NCBI GenBank assembly: GCA_016866975.1 | Contig: VGKP01000003.1 | Span: 1-53,082 of the forward strand | DNA length: 53,082 nucleotides | Reading direction: 5' to 3' | DNA from: Candidatus Pacearchaeota archaeon | GTDB taxonomy: Archaea > Nanobdellota > Nanobdellia > Pacearchaeales > GW2011-AR1 | Shown here: one piece after another, positions 29,864-37,672 of the stretch | Position numbering within the stretch: position 1 is the stretch's first letter | Layout: each line of letters opens with the position of its first letter | Made by a program: the position numbers and the translations under genes | Notes under the pieces: model-generated | The model's input: the letters and a program-made list of their open reading frames with translations, nothing else | Database searches by the model: none | Told to the model about the DNA's origin: nothing

Positions 29864-30955
29864 TCAGAGGATCTCTGCGCATCCAAGGACCTTGTTCTTT
29901 ATAGAAAATACAATAATCTGTCCTGAGGCTATTGAAGAGATAGGCTTATCAGATTCAAAGTACATCTTTCCGCCTACTCTAACTACCTTGCCCTCATGAT
30001 ATTCCCCCAGATGTCTTATTCTGGCACAGACTTTGCCATTAAGAGAAGAGCCAGGGCCAATCATATGTACCTTGCCGATATTTATCCTTTTTCTGCACAA
30101 TCTAATGTCTCCCTCAGGCGCGACTTTAATTATATTTTTCTTGACGTCTTTACTTACCACATAAAACCTCTTCTGTGCCAGTCCATAAGGTTTGACTAAT
30201 TTAATTCCTGAACTCTCTCCTGCCTTCTGTCCTTCAGTATAGAAAAATGCTCCATTATGTTCTCCAATTTCAGTCCCATCAGGCATCACAACTCTTCCTT
30301 TCTTCTCTCTTATCTTCGTTCTAAGAAAATTGCGCATATTGTCCTGTCCAACAAAACATATCCCTACTGTGCCATGTTTGTCCCAGTTTGGCAACCCTTC
30401 TTTTCTTGCAATATCTCTTACATCCTTTTTCTTGTAATGCCCAAGAGGAAAAATCGTCCTAGAAAGATGATTTTGCGAAAGGTCCGAAAGGAAATATGAC
30501 TGATCCTTATCCTTATCTGCTCCTGAAAATAGTTCCCACACTTTTCCTCTTCTCCTTACTCGCGCATAATGGCCAGTAGAAATATATTCAGCTTCAAGTT
30601 TCCTGGCAGCAGTGAGCAATAAAGGGAACTTGATGACTTTGTTGCATGCAATATCTGGATTTGGGGTCTTCCCTCTTTTATATCCTTCAAACATGGGTCC
30701 TAGAACTTTATTCTTGTAGTCCTTTTCATAGTCAAGGACATGTAAGGGAATCTCTAATATCATTGCAACTTTCCTGGCCATCTTAAGATCTTCAAGATAC
30801 TTGCATTCTCCAGTAGACTTATTCTTTGTATCAGAATACAACTTAAAAAATACTCCGACAACTTCATAGCCTTTTTTCTTTAATAAAAGCGCCGCTACGC
30901 TTGAATCAACTCCTCCAGACAGTCCAATTACAACTTTCTTTCTCTGGTTTTTCAT
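29864..30955 (-). CDS. mnmA: tRNA 2-thiouridine(34) synthase MnmA (bacterial type)
   Basis: SGGVDSS, PNPDIACN, TGHYAR, KDQSYFL and GICFVG motifs. Confidence 0.92.
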   Translation of the reverse strand: MKNQRKKVVIGLSGGVDSSVAALLLKKKGYEVVGVFFKLYSDTKNKSTGECKYLEDLKMARKVAMILEIPLHVLDYEKDYKNKVLGPMFEGYKRGKTPNPDIACNKVIKFPLLLTAARKLEAEYISTGHYARVRRRGKVWELFSGADKDKDQSYFLSDLSQNHLSRTIFPLGHYKKKDVRDIARKEGLPNWDKHGTVGICFVGQDNMRNFLRTKIREKKGRVVMPDGTEIGEHNGAFFYTEGQKAGESSGIKLVKPYGLAQKRFYVVSKDVKKNIIKVAPEGDIRLCRKRINIGKVHMIGPGSSLNGKVCARIRHLGEYHEGKVVRVGGKMYFESDKPISSIASGQIIVFSIKNKVLGCAEIL

Positions 30956-31083
30956 TTTATTCTGAAAAATCTTTCGAGTAATACAGAATCACTATCGCAT
31001 TTGTCCATAATAAACAGACAGAAAAAATGTTTATATGCCTTTCCTTTACATAAATTTTTAAGCATAATAGTACAAGTTTTATC

Positions 31084-31293
31084 ATGGCAGAAGAAGTAGA
31101 GACAGGTGGCCTGATGAGATTCCGTTATTCCGGAGAACAGGCCAAACTAAGTGAGAAGGGAAAAAAAGATATCGAAGATGCGTACAAGCAAGCAGATGAG
31201 AGGAAAAGAAAAGAGAGACGTAAACGTCAAGCCCTCTGGATTCTAGCTATTTTAATAATAATTAGTACTCTTGCTTATTTTCTCTGGAAATAA
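31084..31293 (+). CDS. Small tail-anchored membrane protein
   Basis: Charged N-terminal region with a single C-terminal TM helix. Confidence 0.6.
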   Translation: MAEEVETGGLMRFRYSGEQAKLSEKGKKDIEDAYKQADERKRKERRKRQALWILAILIIISTLAYFLWK

Positions 31294-31295
31294 AA

Positions 31296-31574
31296 CGTCC
31301 CCTGGAGGACTCGAACCTCCGACCCTGCGGTTACAACCTTCTCTAATTACTTAGAGGGTAGGACTATACCATCACCATAGCAAAATGCCTCAGGTGGCGA
31401 GTGTCTAGTCTCTGCACCTTCCCTTTCGGGCTTGGCTCAGGATTGCCCTTTACCAATAAAGGGTTTCCCTGAATTTACTCGCTTTTTCATTCCACAGTTT
31501 CCTATGAAAGCTGCTAACTCGGTTTTTTCAACCTGTCTTACAGCCGCATGCTCTACCGGCTGAGCTAAGGGGAC
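31296..31574 (-). tRNA. tRNA-Asn(GTT) interrupted at 35/36 (exon 1 31574-31540, exon 2 31333-31296)
   Basis: Splicing gives a canonical 73-nt cloverleaf: GTCCCCT/AGGGGAC, TGCGG-CT-GTT-AA-CCGCA, GGAGG-TTCGAGT-CCTCC, G73. Confidence 0.9.
31334..31539 (-). ncRNA. Group I intron (IC3-like), 206 nt, no ORF
   Basis: P3 GCGAGU/ACUCGC, P4 UUCAGG/CCUGAG, P7 GACUA/UAGUC, IGS GUUAGCAGC forming P1 (U35.G wobble) and P10, terminal omega-G. Confidence 0.92.
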
Positions 31575-31629
31575 ATAGAAACATCAAAGAAAAACGTTAT
31601 TTAAAGCTTTAGATGAAGCACAAAATAAG

Positions 31630-32121
31630 TCAATTATCTAGCCCTCTCCTTGCAGTGTTCATTCTCTCTAAAAACCTATAGACATTGGCCTGTTTTGACC
31701 CTCTAATTAGATTAGTGATTGCAGTTGTTGCTTCTTCAATAGATTCCGCAGAACCCAACAATCCAACCGCGTCATCTCGGATTATAATCTCACACCCAGA
31801 AATGTTTTCAAGAGCGTGTTTTGTCTTGCCTTCCTTTCCTATCAATCTACCTCGAACCACAGACATATCTTTCCTTCTTGTGAAATTCTTCAAGGGAAGT
31901 TTCCTAAAAATATACCCTTCATCGAGGAGCATAAGTGCCTTCTTTGCAGAATAACCAAATTCCATGGCTTCTAGAACAAGTCTTGCTTCATACTCATCAA
32001 GTGAGTCTCCTTCGACAGTCACCTTCTTTCCTTCTACCTTTATCGTGACATTCATCCTTTTTTCTAATTGCACTTTCTCTTTCCTTAACTCTGCAGTCTT
32101 GTTGAAATATAACGTTTCCAT
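31630..32121 (-). CDS. KH-domain ribosome biogenesis protein Dim2/Pno1
   Basis: RGRLIGKEGKTKHALENISGCEI KH motif and GSKQANVYRFLE. Confidence 0.88.
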   Translation of the reverse strand: METLYFNKTAELRKEKVQLEKRMNVTIKVEGKKVTVEGDSLDEYEARLVLEAMEFGYSAKKALMLLDEGYIFRKLPLKNFTRRKDMSVVRGRLIGKEGKTKHALENISGCEIIIRDDAVGLLGSAESIEEATTAITNLIRGSKQANVYRFLERMNTARRGLDN

Positions 32122-32163
32122 AATATCTATGATGTAAATAAGTTTTTTAAAGTTCCGGTCAGG

Positions 32164-32463
32164 TTAAAGAAGCTTCAAAGCAAATGGCACTCCCTGTATT
32201 GTAATCACGCTATCCTCGTCAATAACTCCAACCTCAATCGCGCATTGGATTGCCTCTAGCCCGACAATATTGAATGTTGCATCTTCTCTCAACTGGCTTG
32301 CAAGAACGAAAAGAGCCTTCTCTCTATCTACTTCTTCTCCTTTGAAGAATCCTTCTTTTATCTCGACCTGTCTTTTCCCTTCCTCAAATCTCTTTCCTAA
32401 TAACTCGGAATCTACCAACGCTACTACTGATCTATATGAACTGTGTATTTTCAGAAACATCAT
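32164..32463 (-). CDS. DUF424 family protein
   Basis: VVALVDSELLGKRFEEG...FFKGE...ATFNIVG pattern. Confidence 0.85.
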   Translation of the reverse strand: MMFLKIHSSYRSVVALVDSELLGKRFEEGKRQVEIKEGFFKGEEVDREKALFVLASQLREDATFNIVGLEAIQCAIEVGVIDEDSVITIQGVPFALKLL

Positions 32464-32870
32464 ATCTTTTGTTTGATAGAGGACTTTGCCCCGCATGCAA
32501 GGCAATGTTTAGACTTTATTCCTTTATCAGATATTATCTCCGTGTCAGGTTTTCCGCACTCGTTGCAGAGCACGAACTCTTTTGAATATATCTGAATCTT
32601 TTCAATTACCTTCTGAGAATTGAGCTTTGTATTGAGGATTAATCTCTCACCATCAAGTTTTCCAGGCGTTGCAAGTGATCTCTGCAAAAACTTAGCAAGA
32701 TGTTCTACAGGTCTCCTTAAATAATTTGCAATAGTAGTTATATTTGTTATTATTGTACTTTTTCCAGATATAATGCCTGCTACTTTGGGTATTTCAAACC
32801 TTTCACCTGTGCCACCAACTATTTTTATCTTACCATATGCCTTTTCCAATAACACTTCATAACTTTCCAT
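32460..32870 (-). CDS. eif2b: Translation initiation factor aIF-2 beta
   Basis: YEVLLEKAY, ERFEIP, LRRPVEHL, CNECGKPDT and CLACGA motifs. Confidence 0.95.
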   Translation of the reverse strand: MESYEVLLEKAYGKIKIVGGTGERFEIPKVAGIISGKSTIITNITTIANYLRRPVEHLAKFLQRSLATPGKLDGERLILNTKLNSQKVIEKIQIYSKEFVLCNECGKPDTEIISDKGIKSKHCLACGAKSSIKQKI

Positions 32871-32922
32871 ACATCAAAGGAGGACGACAAGGGTTTATAA
32901 ATCTGCGCACCTTTTTTCTGAC

Positions 32923-33486
32923 ATGAATATTAAAAACCTTGTGCTGGGCATTGGCATTTTCATAGTCTACCTTCTAGCAGTAGGATATGGAATAGCGACA
33001 TTTTATCCCTCTCCAGATTATCAGGATTTCTGCAAGAATGATGGTAGATTCCCATACTATGCAAAGCCAATCGATCCTTCTCAGAACTGCACTTTTTCCC
33101 GCACAGTACAGGAACAGACTGAACAATGTTATGCAAATCAAGGCATCCCTATATATGAGTACAATGATGCAGGATGCACAATAGCTGTCAAGACCTGCGA
33201 CTATTGCAACAAGGAATTTAATAATGCCCAAAAATCTCATCAGAAGATAGTCTTTATTATAGCCCTTATTGTTGGGATTATCACTATCTTTGTAGGATAT
33301 GGCATTCTCTCTGTTGAGCCAGTAGGTTCCGCACTCATGGCATCAGGGATAGGTGCAATATTCTACGGCTCAGCAAGGAACTGGGCAAACCTAACAGATA
33401 TCTGGAGATTCTTACTATTGATTGCAGCCCTTATCCTCTTAATCTGGATAACTTTAAACCTGAATAAGTCTAAAAGTAAAAGATGA
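32923..33486 (+). CDS. Membrane protein with Cys-containing extracellular loop
   Basis: Four TM segments and a Cys-rich loop. TATA TTTATAAA starts 29 nt upstream. Confidence 0.65.
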   Translation: MNIKNLVLGIGIFIVYLLAVGYGIATFYPSPDYQDFCKNDGRFPYYAKPIDPSQNCTFSRTVQEQTEQCYANQGIPIYEYNDAGCTIAVKTCDYCNKEFNNAQKSHQKIVFIIALIVGIITIFVGYGILSVEPVGSALMASGIGAIFYGSARNWANLTDIWRFLLLIAALILLIWITLNLNKSKSKR

Positions 33487-33558
33487 ATATAATCGCTTTT
33501 ACAATTCACAATCCAAAGTACGCCTATTTGAAACATCCTGAAGAGGATTTCTTTGCAT

Positions 33559-33680
33559 ATCAAAAAAACGATGCGCCACTGCGGCTTAAAAGCCGAGGTT
33601 TGTTGCAGGCGCTCGTTTTTGGAGATGCTCGGGAACCACCACACCTTGAAAGGTGTGGTTTTCATCGGTTCCCGACATAA
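33559..33680 (+). mobile_element. Hairpin element copy 4 (chimeric A'/A + B)
   Basis: The left arm CTGCGGC (A') is paired with the right arm GCCGAGG (A). Confidence 0.92.
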
Positions 33681-33725
33681 AATTGCAGGTAGTGAAGGAA
33701 CATTATTAGCTCTGAAATATTAAAT

Positions 33726-34379
33726 TTATGAGGGTTCAACTTCTATCTTCTTTCCATTAACAGTAAATAATTTAGAATCAACTCCCTCAGTAAGATGCAC
33801 AATTCCTTTTTCAACCTCGTAGCTTTCAATCACTCTTGGGAGAAAGCGATATTTAGGAAATCTAATCCAATGATCCCACTCTGAAAGCCTTGTCTTTCCT
33901 ACATGATGATATCTCTTAAACTGATACATCCAATTCCAAGCCACAATATAAAGAGTCCTTCTATTAACATATTTTTCCTTAATAGTTCCAATTCTACCAA
34001 TATCTCTAGTTAAATCAAAAAAACGATGCGCCACTGCGGCTTAAAAGCCGCAGTTTGATGCAGGCGCTCGTTTTTTGGATGCTCAAGGAACAACTCCAGC
34101 TTAAAAGCTGGAGTTTTAGTCAAGTTCCTTGACATAATAAAATCCAAGTCCCCAGCAAGTAGTTTTATTCCTCTCCCCCCATTTCATTTCATGATCAAGT
34201 TTTCGCCATGATTTATGAATATATTCTTCATCAGACTGCTTTGCAAAAGCAACTTCTAAATCAACTTTCTCGTCTAGTAAATCAATACCAGGGGCAGGAT
34301 TGTTTTTCATATTTAGAACTTTCGCAGCCCAGAACTCATTCAGATGAAAGAAAGTCCCGTTAAAATGCCTGTGATCCAT
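33726..34379 (-). pseudogene. One hypothetical gene (about 178 aa) split by an antisense hairpin-element insertion
   Basis: ORFs 34116-34379 and 33726-34034 share a frame (offset 345 nt). Removing the element joins ...GLGFYY to (D)LTRDIG... Confidence 0.7.
34014..34137 (+). mobile_element. Hairpin element copy 5 (A' + C), intragenic
   Basis: ATCA-aaaaaacgatgcgccactgcggcttaaaagccgcag...caaggaac...gttcctt-GACATAA. Confidence 0.93.
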
Positions 34380-34991
34380 CTAACCCAGCCATCTCAATTT
34401 TCCAGGCCTAGGCTCATAGACAAGCCCATCTTCAAGAAGTTTCTTTATTTCTTCATTTATTGTATGCGGCGATTCTTTTGATTGCAATATTATCTTCTCA
34501 ATATCTACTCCACCATCTTTCTCCGCATTCTTCACCATCTCCAATATCCCGTCTTTTAATGCCAATAATTTAGTAGTGTCCTGAGACTTTGGCTTGTTCG
34601 ACTCTATCTCCAATTTCCTTACCAAGAGAAAAGAAGGATCTTTCTTCTTCAGGATATCAGGAGTTAGGTAAATCTCATTGTTCCAAGACCTTAGGAGACC
34701 AATTATCTGCACCGTGTCTCCTTGATTTAATCCTTCAAACTTTTCGATATCATCTCCAAATGTCTTTGCCTTAATTTGCCCAGTAGCATCATCAAGTGTC
34801 AAAGAACCAAATTTCTTCTCCCCATCTTGTATATACTTATCGACTACATTTGCAATTAAATTGACTCTGACTACATGCTTGTCTCCAATCTCAAGGAACT
34901 TTATCCTCTCCCCTTCAAGTATAGGTTTTCCAGTCAATAGAGAACTGATATGATATTTATAAGCTACATTTCTCTTGAATTGCTGTTCCAT
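34380..34991 (-). CDS. RPA32-like OB-fold ssDNA-binding protein with C-terminal wHTH
   Basis: VRVNLIANVV...LTLDDATGQIKAK and LLEDGLVYEPRPG motifs. Confidence 0.8.
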   Translation of the reverse strand: MEQQFKRNVAYKYHISSLLTGKPILEGERIKFLEIGDKHVVRVNLIANVVDKYIQDGEKKFGSLTLDDATGQIKAKTFGDDIEKFEGLNQGDTVQIIGLLRSWNNEIYLTPDILKKKDPSFLLVRKLEIESNKPKSQDTTKLLALKDGILEMVKNAEKDGGVDIEKIILQSKESPHTINEEIKKLLEDGLVYEPRPGKLRWLG

Positions 34992-35040
34992 AGTACTTTT
35001 TGACAACTTGCCCTTTTAAGTTTTTATGTGAAATAAAACA

Positions 35041-35373
35041 TTAAAAAATATCATCTTTTCTCGCGTCAGTAGTTATTTCTTCACCATTTATTATATCTCT
35101 TATGGCAATATCGCACATATTTTTCAAATCCTGGACAGTATTTGGATTGTTAGAATGGTTAACATATCTCTCAGGCTCTGAATAGAGATGGATAACTCCT
35201 TTTTGAGAATGAGTAAACTTCTTCTCTTCTTCAGATAAATTATGATATTCTTCCTCAGTTAATGAAGTGAGATGATATCTGATAACTATCTTTCCTTTCC
35301 TGAAGTCCCTATTGGCAAATGCCCCTTTATCAAACTGATCTATATTTGATTTTTTAATGATTACATCTTTCAT
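35041..35373 (-). CDS. SET-domain protein
   Basis: KGAFANRDFRKG, RYVNHSNNPN and RDIINGEEITTD motifs. The usual terminal Tyr is replaced by Ala. Confidence 0.8.
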   Translation of the reverse strand: MKDVIIKKSNIDQFDKGAFANRDFRKGKIVIRYHLTSLTEEEYHNLSEEEKKFTHSQKGVIHLYSEPERYVNHSNNPNTVQDLKNMCDIAIRDIINGEEITTDARKDDIF

Positions 35374-35374
35374 A

Positions 35375-37402
35375 TTAGATTTTCTGGATATACCCTTTCT
35401 TAGGCTTAAACAAGTCACCGGATTTCACAAGCTGTTCAAGAGCCTCTTCTATCTCTACTTTGCTTACTTTGCCTTCCAAGACCTTTTCCACTTCCTCTAC
35501 GGGAATAAGTTTCCCAAGGCGAGATTCAAGTTGAGCAAGAGCTTCTTTGACAGTGATTATCTTCCCTCTTTTAGAGGAGCTTATCCCCGTAGTTACTCTA
35601 TCAATATCAAAAGTTTTAGTCTCTTCATCATACCCTACTTGAGTGAGAGACATCTTAAGCAAGTCTATAGCCTTCTTAGCATCTTCTCTCTTAACTTCAT
35701 TGCTCAATCTCAATTTTGCATGAGCCTCAGAAAGACGGATGATGCCTTCAAGTTGACGGGCAGTGACGGGTATAGGTTTTACTGCTGAATCTACATTGAC
35801 AGATTGGTTCCTCATACGCACGTAAAAAGATTTTATTTCATCTACAGCCTCATCACTTAATTTTGGCTTATATTTCTGTTTTGCATAAGAAATAAATTTC
35901 CTCAAGAGTTTTGGATCGATAATTTCTTCTCGTTCTACATCCTGTTGATGCTCTTGCAAGACATGGGATGCAATAGCTTCATCTTGCGCTTTGTTCGGAA
36001 TATCTTTTATGACAAAGATGACGTCAAATCTGCTTAAGAGAGCAGGAGATATGTCTATTTGTTGAGGGATAGGCGTATATGGATCAAATCTTCCTAATTT
36101 TGGGTTTCCTGCTGCAAGTACAGTTGTCTCAGATCGTAAAGTTGCATGGATATTTGCTTTTGAAATTGTGACTGTCTGCTGTTCCATAGCCTCATGCATC
36201 GCGCTTCTATCCTGCTCATTCATCTTTTCTATCTCGTCAATGCAAACCATTCCTTTGTTCGCCAATACCATTGCTCCAGCCTCCAATGACCACCCTCTAA
36301 GAAATTCATCTTTTACTACTGCGGCAGTAAGTCCAGCACTTGTTGCGGCTTTTCCAGATACGTACCTTCCTTTTGGGGCAATTGATGATGTAAACTTCAG
36401 TAAGACAGACTTTGCCACTCCCGGGTCTCCAACAAGCAGTAAGTGCATATCTCCTCTCGTAAAACCCCCGTCAGATTTTTTCTTCTTAACTCCTCCAAAT
36501 AATTGTAGTAACACTGCTTCTTTGATGCGATCAAAGACCGGTGTGCCATATATGCTAGGAGCAATACTTCGAGTCAGACGCTGAAAGATTTTTGGATCGC
36601 TTCCCAATTCAAGGATAAGCTGGATTTCATCATCACTTACATTAAGGTCTTCAAAAGACTCTTCTAAAGGTATTACATTATTTGCTTCGATAGCGATATC
36701 ATACCTTGTAGAGATTGCGCCTGTCTGTAATGGCACAGGAACTTCCTTAAGCACTCCAAAAACTCTAACTTTGCTTCCAGGAGTAGTTCTTTCTTCCATT
36801 CTGGGATCTACAAGATCTTCTTTAAGAAAAACATTTATCCTTCTGGGCTGCTCGCCTCCTTCAAGAGAATCAGGAGATTCCTCTATGACTAATCTCTGTG
36901 TATCTACCATCTCTTTAGAAATAAGCTTGAAACTGCTTTTCCATCCGCAAGTACACCTGCTAGGTTCTCTGAATTTCTTCTCTATTTGAAGAACAGACAG
37001 GGTGGCCCCGCAATTAGGGCATTCAAACTTTGCGTTCACTACCTGGGGCCTTACATCTGAAGCTTGCCTGACAATCCCTTCTATCCAGATCATCAGATCG
37101 AGATTCTTTGCTCTTATTTCCCTTATCTTTACGAATGTAGTCTTGGGTAAGTCGGAAAATCTGACTCTAGGATTCTTCAACAAGCCAGATTCGTCCAAAG
37201 CATCTTCAAGTACCGCTATTGTTTGTTCAGGAGTCTCTATGACGCTGTCAGAAAGCACCGGAGAGAACTCTTCAAGTTGATGGAAGCTAAGATAAATCAC
37301 TTTCTGTTCAGAACGTATAAATTGCCCAAAGTCCTTTTTATGTGCATCAAAAAAGTTTTTAGCTTCCAGTAACAACTCTTCCTGCTTTCTCTTTTTATCC
37401 AT
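35375..37402 (-). CDS. mcm: Replicative helicase MCM
   Basis: CPNC...C-C zinc motif, GDPGVAKS Walker A, IDEIEKM, SRFD, ARQLEG and a C-terminal wHTH. Confidence 0.97.
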   Translation of the reverse strand: MDKKRKQEELLLEAKNFFDAHKKDFGQFIRSEQKVIYLSFHQLEEFSPVLSDSVIETPEQTIAVLEDALDESGLLKNPRVRFSDLPKTTFVKIREIRAKNLDLMIWIEGIVRQASDVRPQVVNAKFECPNCGATLSVLQIEKKFREPSRCTCGWKSSFKLISKEMVDTQRLVIEESPDSLEGGEQPRRINVFLKEDLVDPRMEERTTPGSKVRVFGVLKEVPVPLQTGAISTRYDIAIEANNVIPLEESFEDLNVSDDEIQLILELGSDPKIFQRLTRSIAPSIYGTPVFDRIKEAVLLQLFGGVKKKKSDGGFTRGDMHLLLVGDPGVAKSVLLKFTSSIAPKGRYVSGKAATSAGLTAAVVKDEFLRGWSLEAGAMVLANKGMVCIDEIEKMNEQDRSAMHEAMEQQTVTISKANIHATLRSETTVLAAGNPKLGRFDPYTPIPQQIDISPALLSRFDVIFVIKDIPNKAQDEAIASHVLQEHQQDVEREEIIDPKLLRKFISYAKQKYKPKLSDEAVDEIKSFYVRMRNQSVNVDSAVKPIPVTARQLEGIIRLSEAHAKLRLSNEVKREDAKKAIDLLKMSLTQVGYDEETKTFDIDRVTTGISSSKRGKIITVKEALAQLESRLGKLIPVEEVEKVLEGKVSKVEIEEALEQLVKSGDLFKPKKGYIQKI

Positions 37403-37447
37403 TATTCTTAACTGGCAAGTGCCTTTATATCATTTATTGTGTTAAGA

Positions 37448-37672
37448 ATCTAAAAAACGATGCGCCACTGCGGCTTAAACCTCGAGGATGTGAATCCTCG
37501 ATGGCAGTCAGGAATCTTAGATTCCTGATGAGCCGCAGTTTGATGCAGGCGCTCATTTCACCAAGAACATTGTTCTTGGATGCCATCAAGAATCGAAGAT
37601 TCTTGAGGTTTGGAAGCTCAAGGAACAACTCCAGCTTAAAAGCTGGAGTTTTAATCAAGTTCCCTGACATCA
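37448..37672 (+). mobile_element. Hairpin element copy 6 (A' with nested double hairpin + second double hairpin + C)
   Basis: A 51-nt insert (37480-37530) lies in the A' loop and a second insert lies between A' and C. The ends are degenerate (ATCT / GACATCA). Confidence 0.88.

Noticed and set aside
31334-31539. BHB-type archaeal intron, or tRNA-Thr/Tyr identity from other splice registers
   Set aside because: No bulge-helix-bulge is evident and a full group I core is present. Only the 35/36 register gives a 5' U, a terminal G and matching P1/P10. The U2-A71 pair and G73 fit Asn rather than Thr.
33483-33680. 65-aa ORF ending in element copy 4
   Set aside because: More than half is element-derived. 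Without the element it is about 41 aa with no recognisable family, so it cannot be supported as a gene.
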